Of a stretch of 64,000 nucleotides of DNA, positions 56,502-64,000 are shown piece by piece (within the stretch, counting starts at the first letter, position 1; every line of letters begins with the position of its first letter). The notes beneath the pieces are model-generated. The model saw only the letters and a program-made list of their open reading frames with translations. It was not told the origin of the DNA and did no database searches. The position numbers were made by a program, and so were the translations under genes. This stretch comes from Sedimentisphaeraceae bacterium JB056 (GTDB taxonomy: Bacteria; Planctomycetota; Phycisphaerae; Sedimentisphaerales; Sedimentisphaeraceae): NCBI GenBank assembly GCA_044440125.1, contig JBITAJ010000025.1, positions 30,456 to 94,455 on the forward strand, in the 5' to 3' direction.

Positions 56502-57494
56502 ATGACATATGTTGCAGATACTTGCAGATACGATTCAATGAAGTACAACAGGTGCGGCAATAGCGGACTTAAATTACCTGCGATATCTTTGGGGTTGTGG
56601 CACAACTTTGGAGGTATTGACAGCTATGAGAACAGCCGCAAAATGATACTCAGAAGCTTTGATTTGGGGATCACTCACTTTGATCTTGCAAATAATTACG
56701 GACCTCCTCCTGGAAGTGCGGAAAAAACATTCGGCAGAATTATGAAAGAAGAGCTTGCAGACTATAGGGATGAACTTGTTATATCCACCAAAGCAGGCTA
56801 TCGGATGTGGGATGGCCCTTATGGAGAGTGGGGTTCACGTAAATACCTTACCGCTTCACTTGATCAGAGCCTAAAGAGGATGGGCCTTGACTATGTCGAT
56901 ATCTTCTATTCACATCGCCCTGATCCTGACACTCCTATTGAAGAGACAATGGGGGCATTGGTAAACGCGGTTAAGCAGGGCAAAGCTCTTTACATAGGAA
57001 TATCTTCATATACTCCGGAGCAAACGAGAAGAGCTGTAAGGGTACTTGATGATATGGGAGCTAAATGTCTTATACATCAGCCGAAATACTCTATGTTGAA
57101 CCGTGAACCAGAAAGTGGGCTTATTCAGACATTGAAAGATGAGGGTATCGGTTCTATTGCCTTTTGTCCTCTTGCTCAGGGGCTTTTGACTGATAAGTAT
57201 TTAGGCGGTATTCCAAGTGATTCCAGAGCGGCAAAGTCGCATGGCTTCCTTAAGAGGGATGCAGTGACTGATGATGTTGTTGATAAGGTCAAAAAACTCA
57301 ACGAACTTGCTAATGACAGAATGCAGAGTCTTGCGCAAATGGCTCTTGCATGGGTGCTGAGAGATTCTATGGTTACAAGTGCTCTTATTGGAGCAAGTAA
57401 TGTTGAGCAGATTGAGCAGAATGTTGCCGCTCTTGAGAATCCAATGTTTACTCAGGAAGAGACAGACAGGATTGAGGAGATTCTTGCATCGTAA
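56502..57494 (+). CDS. gpr: Aldo-keto reductase, L-glyceraldehyde 3-phosphate reductase (YghZ/Gpr/MgrA type)
   Basis: SGLKLPAISLGLWHNFG, FDLANNYGPPPGSAE, STKAGY.MW.GPYGEWGSRKYL, PLAQGLLT.KY. Confidence 0.9.
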   Translation: MTYVADTCRYDSMKYNRCGNSGLKLPAISLGLWHNFGGIDSYENSRKMILRSFDLGITHFDLANNYGPPPGSAEKTFGRIMKEELADYRDELVISTKAGYRMWDGPYGEWGSRKYLTASLDQSLKRMGLDYVDIFYSHRPDPDTPIEETMGALVNAVKQGKALYIGISSYTPEQTRRAVRVLDDMGAKCLIHQPKYSMLNREPESGLIQTLKDEGIGSIAFCPLAQGLLTDKYLGGIPSDSRAAKSHGFLKRDAVTDDVVDKVKKLNELANDRMQSLAQMALAWVLRDSMVTSALIGASNVEQIEQNVAALENPMFTQEETDRIEEILAS

Positions 57495-57505
57495 TTAAGG
57501 AATTA

Positions 57506-57534
57506 TAAAGAGCCGGTTTAAACCGGCTCTTTTA
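57506..57534 (+). terminator. Intrinsic terminator
   Basis: AAAGAGCCGGTT-TA-AACCGGCTCTTTT palindrome. Confidence 0.85.
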
Positions 57535-57567
57535 TCTTTAAGAGATTTGTGTGTTGAGGTTTTGGAA

Positions 57568-58071
57568 ATGAGAAAGCTTGCGATATTTGAACTTGTCTTG
57601 ATATCGTTGGGATGTATTGTTGGTGGTTTCTTTCTTTGGGTAGGCGATTCAGCTCAAAAGGATAAAACTTTTCAATTTGCATTGAAAAGCGGGACCCTTA
57701 CAACTTCTTCGCTTGTTGTTGTCGATAAATATCAAACAGGTGGTAAATTTGGACAATATTATATAATTCTCAATGAGACATTAAACCGAAAGGAAATATT
57801 GAGAAAAGTATCATCACGTCTCTATAAAAAGATCAATAACGGAGAGGTTTATGGCGGATATCTGTATGGAAATGATTATGTAGTACCTGCATTTGATATG
57901 AGCTCTGCCGATGGGCGATGGAAAAGATATGCCGCTGTTTTCTGCTGGGTTTTGGCGATAGGGCTGTTTTTTGTAGATATAAAAGTCTACAGAGCTGGCA
58001 AGGCTAAAAATTTCGCAAGAATGGAAGCGTATTATCAGTTTAAGGATGAACAAATGGGAATTACTGTATGA
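57568..58071 (+). CDS. Hypothetical membrane protein (two TM segments)
   Basis: Hydrophobic N- and C-terminal helices; ATGA overlap with next gene. Confidence 0.6.
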   Translation: MRKLAIFELVLISLGCIVGGFFLWVGDSAQKDKTFQFALKSGTLTTSSLVVVDKYQTGGKFGQYYIILNETLNRKEILRKVSSRLYKKINNGEVYGGYLYGNDYVVPAFDMSSADGRWKRYAAVFCWVLAIGLFFVDIKVYRAGKAKNFARMEAYYQFKDEQMGITV

Positions 58072-59519
58072 AATTTGTCTTGTGTGTGTTGGCGTTAGTC
58101 TCTTTTTGTAATGTTTGTTTCAGTGAGATAGATGTTTCCGATATTGCTTTGAATGTAAATCGTCCCAGCGGGTGTCCGAGCTATAGTGATGTTTGTATGT
58201 CATCTCGTTGGCCGCGTCCTCTCAATGACGAGGATATTCATGATACTATTCGCGATGCCAAGGCGTATCATGCTACAAGGATAGAGTGGTGTTACAGCTT
58301 TGATACTGACTGGATAAAGAGGGTTAAGGATGAGGGTTTTTTCTACGGCGGTGCCGTGAATGCAAATCTTGCTGACCAGGCTCCGGATGCTGCAGAACAG
58401 TATACTTATTACAAAGGCCGCATAAGGGATGTAAAAGGGCATATGATTACTGCTCCATGGATGAGCAGATGGTCGCCTGTTCCGTATTGGGGATGCGTAA
58501 ATTCTCCTCAGTACAGGGAAATATACCTTGATTGTCTGAAAAAACTTGTTGATGCGGGAGTTGATGCGATTCATACTGATGATCCGGCATCTAATATTGC
58601 TGCGGCTAACTGGGGCGGCTGTTTCTGTGAGCATTGCGTAATGGAGGCATCGCTGAAATTTGTTGAGCTTAAGGATGATCAGCAGCGATTGACGTTCCAG
58701 AAATACTGTGTTGAAAAGTTCTATAAAGATATAAACCGCGATATTCAGGAAGCTGGAGTAGAAAAAGTTGCTTTCTCGTGTAATAACTTTGGCGGCAGGT
58801 GGGGCTTCCCGAATAATCTGTTCGAATATGGTATTGCTGAATACGATGATTCAAACCCCATATCATTATTGCAGCTCTCCCGATATGTTGCTCGTGAAGA
58901 AAAATGGCAGACTATAACCTACAGGACAAAAAGCATAGAGGGCTATAGGAGGGTTATCGCTTTTTGCTATGCTGTTGGGGTTGGCATTCTTTGTCCTTAT
59001 GATGTCTACCTGCGTTCAACACCGGAAGGATCTGAACGGCTGTTTATTGAACCTGAGAAGGTTGCAGATCTTTATGGTTTTGTACGCGCCAATTCAGAGT
59101 ATTTCGACGGCTACGAGGAAGCGGCTATTGATATCGAGGGCGTAAGAGAACTCCGTTATGGCAGAAACGCGCCGTTTGATGTTATGTACAAGGGTGTTTA
59201 CGGCATTGTGAGGGCTGTGCCTGATGATGCGCAAAGCCCTGTGGTTATCCATCTCATAGACTGGATTGGAGCGAGGCGTCCTTTCAGCGTAGAGATAAAC
59301 AATGCTAACTTCTTTGACGGGAAGCCGTTCGAGGCGAAGATTCTTATGCCGGTCGAATATGATCAGCAATTGCACCAGGCGGCAGAGAAAAGCGGCAATT
59401 ATTCGCTTCTGAGCACTGAAATTGTACCAGAGCAAAAGCGCAGCAACACCAAAACAATAATCAGTATGCCGGCAATTGACCCATATGCTGTAATTGTTTT
59501 AAGCCCATCTGCTGATTGA
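58068..59519 (+). CDS. Secreted hypothetical protein, putative TIM-barrel glycoside hydrolase
   Basis: Signal peptide; WGCVNSP.YR, GVDAIHTDD, GCFCEHC motifs. Confidence 0.55.
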   Translation: MKFVLCVLALVSFCNVCFSEIDVSDIALNVNRPSGCPSYSDVCMSSRWPRPLNDEDIHDTIRDAKAYHATRIEWCYSFDTDWIKRVKDEGFFYGGAVNANLADQAPDAAEQYTYYKGRIRDVKGHMITAPWMSRWSPVPYWGCVNSPQYREIYLDCLKKLVDAGVDAIHTDDPASNIAAANWGGCFCEHCVMEASLKFVELKDDQQRLTFQKYCVEKFYKDINRDIQEAGVEKVAFSCNNFGGRWGFPNNLFEYGIAEYDDSNPISLLQLSRYVAREEKWQTITYRTKSIEGYRRVIAFCYAVGVGILCPYDVYLRSTPEGSERLFIEPEKVADLYGFVRANSEYFDGYEEAAIDIEGVRELRYGRNAPFDVMYKGVYGIVRAVPDDAQSPVVIHLIDWIGARRPFSVEINNANFFDGKPFEAKILMPVEYDQQLHQAAEKSGNYSLLSTEIVPEQKRSNTKTIISMPAIDPYAVIVLSPSAD

Positions 59520-59520
59520 T

Positions 59521-60501
59521 TTATTGCTGCTCTAAGACCTTCTTTTTGAAGAGTTTAGTGCCAGGTTGCGAGTTGGCCTGTTTCCATCCGGTCCAATCAT
59601 CGGCGGTTTTTTCGTTTTCGATTGCATCTTCAACGAAGTTCATCTTCGCGTCAAGGTCATCGATATAGTTTACCATGAAGGCTTCCGGTGTTGCCGGCAG
59701 CTTAGGTGAACCGAATTCATACTTGCCGTGATGAGCCAGAAGAATGTGCATGAGGCTGTCAACTATCTCACGTTTCATTTCGATGCCTCTGTCAAGCAGC
59801 ATGTCGACTTTCTGGTCGAGCATTATAGCTCCCTGCACAATGTGTCCTACAAGCTGTCCGGTGTTTGAGTAGCTGAAACCAAGGTTGTATACGAGCTCTT
59901 CTGTTTTTGACATGTCGTGCAGGAATATGCCGCAAAGCACGAGATCGCCTTGAACCTGCGGGTATAGCGGCAGGATTTTTTCAGCGACTTTCAGCATATT
60001 GTTCGTATGCTCAAGCAGACCGCCGATGTAGTTGTGGTGCATCTTTATCGCGGCAGGGGCGTAGCAGAATTTCCGCATCAGATCTGAGTCTTTGAAGTAT
60101 TCCTCTACGAGTGCCTTGAGCTCAGGATGCTGAACGCCGCCCATTATCTGCTTGACCTCTTTATACATCTGCGGGATATCCTTAGATGTTTTCGGCATAT
60201 AATCTTCAACGTTGACGTTTTCAGGAGCAACAACAGTTATCTGGTTGGCAACTATCTGCAGGTTGTTCTGGTAGAGCTCTGTTTTGCCTGATATCTGTAC
60301 GAAACCTTCTTTGGGAATCTGGTTGTAAAGCTCTTCAGTCGCACTCCACACACGGCAGTTAGCTTTTCCTGTCTTATCGGAGAGGAACATAGCTATGTAG
60401 AGGTCGCCTCGTGTTGTGTTGCGAAGCACAGGCTGAGTTACCATGTAAGTATCTGTGAAATTAATTCCCGGCTGTAGATCTTTTATAAAACAATGCGACA
60501 T
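59521..60501 (-). CDS. yhaM: 3'-5' exoribonuclease YhaM/Cbf family (OB + HD)
   Basis: N-terminal OB fold (L.DKTG...RVW), PAA..MHH...GGLLEHT, LHD..K, GH, HHG..EFGSP, DDLDAK. Confidence 0.9.
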   Translation of the reverse strand: MSHCFIKDLQPGINFTDTYMVTQPVLRNTTRGDLYIAMFLSDKTGKANCRVWSATEELYNQIPKEGFVQISGKTELYQNNLQIVANQITVVAPENVNVEDYMPKTSKDIPQMYKEVKQIMGGVQHPELKALVEEYFKDSDLMRKFCYAPAAIKMHHNYIGGLLEHTNNMLKVAEKILPLYPQVQGDLVLCGIFLHDMSKTEELVYNLGFSYSNTGQLVGHIVQGAIMLDQKVDMLLDRGIEMKREIVDSLMHILLAHHGKYEFGSPKLPATPEAFMVNYIDDLDAKMNFVEDAIENEKTADDWTGWKQANSQPGTKLFKKKVLEQQ

Positions 60502-60566
60502 CAGTCAAATCCATAAAAAGTACAATAAAATATTCCAAACAAAAGGCCGTGTAAAAGCCGACTCGA

Positions 60567-60595
60567 ATTGTACTTCGACAAAACGCAGATGTCAA
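60567..60595 (-). promoter_or_regulatory. sigma70 promoter of yhaM
   Basis: Minus strand TTGACA-17 nt-TACAAT, near consensus. Confidence 0.75.
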
Positions 60596-61015
60596 GGGAA
60601 TTGAGAAAATGCAATGCTGCGATGCTGACAATCGCATAACAATTGGTATCTTTATCTTGCCGTACCGATCAAGCCTAGTTTACATACTGAAATCAGCTTG
60701 CGCGTTTGTGCTTTTTTAATAGCAGTAGCAATTAAGAATTACGAATTTAGAATTAGAAATGGTGGTGTTCGCTTTGCTCACGATTTTATGGGCAAAGCCG
60801 ATTGCAGGGGTTGGAGTTGGTGGTGTAAGTTGTTGTTGAATAGTGTGTTGTGGGATAAGATGCCCGCTTCCTTTCGGGCGCGGTACTGTTGGTAGTGGGG
60901 GGGGGGATTTTTTTTATTTTTTTGGAATTTGGCGGGGGTTTAAGTGAGCGATTTTGTGCGAAAATGCAAGCAACTTGGACACTTGGTTTGCCTCTAATAG
61001 CAAGATAGTATAACT

Positions 61016-61115
61016 TTTTTTGACCTGAATTTAACCAAAACTGGTCTCAAATGCGCCCAAACGCGCGCTTTTTGATCGTTTTTCAACGATTTTTGGTCAA
61101 TTTCAGTTCAAAAAA
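61016..61115. repeat. Imperfect 25-bp inverted repeat
   Basis: TTTTTTGACCTGAATTTAACCAAAA (61016-61040) vs reverse complement of 61091-61115: 22/25 match. Confidence 0.7.
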
Positions 61116-61205
61116 GGGAAAAGTCTCACGTGACCGGGAAAAATGGCTTTTTTCATGATATTATTGTGCTATTTTCTGGGTTTAGAGGCTGTAAAGAAGA
61201 TCTTT

Positions 61206-61424
61206 ACCACGAAGCACACGAAATTCACGAAAATAATTAGGAATTATGAATTAGGAATGCTGGGGATGGGATTTTTGTTAGACAGGATTACAGGATTTAT
61301 GTCTTGCCTCCGTGTGACTCTGTGAACCTCTGTGGTGATATATTTCTTAACCACGGAGGAGTCGGAGGTTCACGGAGGGGAGATGGGATTCAGCTATCAG
61401 TTAGCAATTAGCGATAAGCGATTT
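61206..61424. repeat. Cluster of degenerate 7-, 8-, 9- and 10-mer tandem repeats with a long hairpin
   Basis: ACCACGAAG CACACGAAA TTCACGAAA; AATTAGG AATTATG AATTAGG; ACAGGATT x2; CTCYGTG x3 facing ACCACGGAGG..CGGAGG..CACGGAGG; TCAGCTA TCAGTTA GCAATTA GCGATAA. Confidence 0.75.
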
Positions 61425-61522
61425 ATAGGTGTTAACGGTTTGAAACGTTATACGTTTGAAAAGTTGGCTTGCACAGCGACAGGCTTAGTACTAATACATA
61501 TTAAATGTGTAGGCAATTTTCT

Positions 61523-63685
61523 TTATTTAGCGGGTTTTAGTCTTCTTTTTCTGCAGAATTCATCAAATTCTTTAAGGTATGTTGTTTGGTAGAGTTTTCT
61601 TTCTACATGATTGCCGCGGAAGTTGCCGGTATATGTATTGTCAGAAAATTCGGGGTTTACTGCTTTGCCGTAGCAGACTGCCGGCCATGCTCCATTTTCA
61701 CTGAATATATTATTGCTGAACTTGATGTTTTTGCCTTTGCTGGTTATGTGGGCTCCAGCCCAAAGATTTTCGCTGAAATCGTTGCCGGTTGAATTGATGT
61801 CATGGGCTTTCATGCAGATTTCAATACCTGAAAAGTAGTTCCACTTGGCAACATTGTTTGTTAATGTTATTTCACTGCCGTACATTCTGAGGCCTCCGTT
61901 GTGGTTTCTGATAACTATATTGTCTTTGAGTGCTGAAGAACAATTACAAGCTATGCCTGCACCGGTATTGTCTGCGGAGAAGTTGCCGGTCAAGTCCGCA
62001 TATCTTTCTTCTATGTACATGCCTTCCTCTTCATTTCTGAAGCATCTGTTTGATGACAGTGTGATAGTTCCAAACTCGTTTCCGGCATATATGCCGCTTT
62101 GGCCATTTAGAAAACAGGAATTATTGCTGATATGGCCTTTGATTGCTTTTCTTATAGTTATTCCGTTGTTTCTGTTTTTACAGCAGATATTGCCGGCTAT
62201 TTCCAAGTCCAATCGTGTTTTTCCGATTGCGATTCCTGAGTTTCCGCAATCAGAGACAGTGTTGTTTTTTATGATTGTGGAGCCTACGCTTTCGCAATAA
62301 ATGCCGTGTTTGCCTATGTTTTGGAATACATTGCTGTCGATTTTAAGGTCGCTACAATTGTATACATACACACCGAAACTATCCTGGTTTGCTATAAATG
62401 AGTTCGAAATTGACAGTTGTTTCGCATCACATAAAATTGTGTTTGTTTTCTGGATAATACATTTATCAACCGTAACCATTGCATCTTTTTTAATGCGTAA
62501 CGCGTGCTTGGTAGAATTTTTAATTACGGAATTTGAGACACTGCATTTGGTGCCGGTTACCTGAATGCAGCTTGTGTCGGTGAAGCCTAATGATTTTTTG
62601 GCGGCTTTGAGATCGGCTATCGTTACAGAATCTATGGCGCATTCACCAGAGTCGGCTTTTATGAGATATTTACTGTCTGTATCAAACTCAAGGATGACTT
62701 TGTCGCGGTTTGCGCCAATGAGCTTCTTTCCTTTTTTCAGAAGAATACTGCTTTTGAGGTTGTAGATGCCTTCCTTGATGAATATCACTTTGCAGTCGGG
62801 GCTTTGCGCTGCTTTATATAATTCATAGCTGTCTGATACTTGTACTGCATCTGGATAATTGTCAATGTTGTTGATATTGTTAGCGGGGTATTGGAGCTTG
62901 AGTTTAGGAAGTTCTGTTAGTTCTGTGAGCCAATCAGGCAATGTGGCAGGGGCGTATTCGATGTTTTTATATCTGTTCCAAGGGCTGTATTTCATTTCTG
63001 AGAGTCTCAAAATCGCCAATCTCATGATTCTGTCGCGGTCGTCGCTTCTTGTTTTTGACCAGAAATTTCTGCCTATAAGATAATGGTCCGCGTAATTTTC
63101 CCAGCTCTGGTATGTCTGTTTGAGTTTGGCGGGCAGCTCGATTCCTTCAAGTATACGCCATGCCTCATCTTCATCTATGTAACCTGCTGTGTATGAGTAT
63201 CTTATCACAGTAGTAGCTCTGGTGATATCCCATGCCAGCATTTTTCCTTCTTTGAACATATTCGGATAGGTTTTGGCGAGAAATATCCTGTAAAGTTCAT
63301 CTTCGTCGTTCCTTTTTAACCAGAGCATGTTTTTGTACATAGCTATGTTGATGTTGTTAATATAATCAGCTTGCTCTTCAAAAGACTTGCGATGTCCTTC
63401 TTTAACTAACCACAAGAGTGTTTCAAGGAAACTTTCGCGGTCGGTTATTTCCTACCATTGATCAAGATTCTTTTTGACTTTTTCAATAGAAAACGGGTTT
63501 TTCAGATCCGCAACCTCAAAACTGTCTATATAGGAATGGTTTGAGGTGCCGAGTATTCCTGAAAAACCGAGAAGATACAGCCTTTTCGATTCAATATCGG
63601 CTTGAGAATAACTTTCAGATTCTTGTGCAAATAAATTGCACGTACTGAAAAACGATAACGCAACCAAGATAAACACTCTTACCAT
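61523..63685 (-). pseudogene. Secreted DUF1266 + right-handed beta-helix protein interrupted by one in-frame TAG (63452-63454)
   Basis: ORFs 63452-63700 and 61523-63415 are in the same frame and read NLDQW*EITDRESFLETLLWLVKEGHR; AWD..R....R..Y.AGYI.E.EAW and Y.SW..Y...Y..GR.FW are DUF1266-like; GI/N...N repeats form a beta helix. Confidence 0.75.
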
Positions 63686-64000
63686 AATTATACCCCTCAT
63701 CTTTAAAATGATGTAAATAGTAGTTGCTATAATAATATATCAATATTATTTTGCAAATACTAAATCGATAAAGGCTGTTTTTGCATTGGTGAGCAGAAAG
63801 AGTCAAAACTTGCTGTTTGGGTTTGCTCTGGCGGGTTATTTTGTTTGCTTGGGGTAATAAGAGCCATTCCGTTTGTCTTGAAGTTCTTTACTTTAAATAA
63901 GTTATGGTGGTGGCTCAAAAACTTTACCCCAAAATATTGCTGTAAGTCTTTATTTTATGTTGAAATAAGGTGAAGTTTTATTGATTTTCTCCCAAAAAAA

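Noticed and set aside
61206..61424. CRISPR array
   Set aside because: No 23-47-nt identical repeats with unique spacers and no cas genes
60698..61592. Short ORFs 60698-60895, 61143-61325 and 61332-61592
   Set aside because: They translate through repeat and low-complexity DNA, with no RBS or protein-like composition
63452..63454. Pyrrolysine or genome-wide amber recoding
   Set aside because: TAG terminates several intact genes in this window, no pyl genes are seen, and a single TGG>TAG change suffices
61480..63970. dif-like sites near 61485-61510 and 63945-63970
   Set aside because: Only partial resemblance to the XerD arm TTATGTTAAAT, with no properly spaced XerC arm

Overview
Gene-dense window from a diderm (Gram-negative-type) bacterium. 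A Planctomycetota/Phycisphaerae origin is my inference from the sulfatase richness, LamG plus dockerin-like modules, LpxC-FabZ fusion and gene order. (1) 1-21.6 kb: a single co-directional locus for degrading a sulfated, probably fucosylated glycan. It holds a Na+/solute symporter, two GH95, two heparinase II/III-like lyases (one with LamG-dockerin-like-LamG modules), four Cys-type sulfatases, a five-bladed propeller GH, a URO-D/methyltransferase-like protein and a GH57-like protein. (2) 21.9-32.1 kb: alkaline phosphatase converging on a 2906-aa cyclic beta-1,2-glucan synthase. (3) 32.5-49.4 kb: rpsD, a fifth sulfatase, then a housekeeping run tRNA-Gln, prs, rplY, pth, rpsF, ssb, rpsR, rplI, dnaB, bamA, skp, lpxD, lpxC-fabZ, lpxA, a GnnA-like oxidoreductase, trmB and DUF1638. 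(4) 49.6-55.3 kb: minus-strand envelope lipoprotein cluster (COG3014, YcfL, LpoB-like, tandem CsgG/FlgT-like, hypothetical). (5) 55.5-64 kb: hypotheticals, an aldo-keto reductase, a putative GH, yhaM, a 1-kb non-coding mosaic of short-period repeats and hairpins, and a DUF1266/beta-helix gene split by one in-frame TAG. No CRISPR array, rRNA or transposase was seen. All family calls come from reading motifs by eye, not from database searches.
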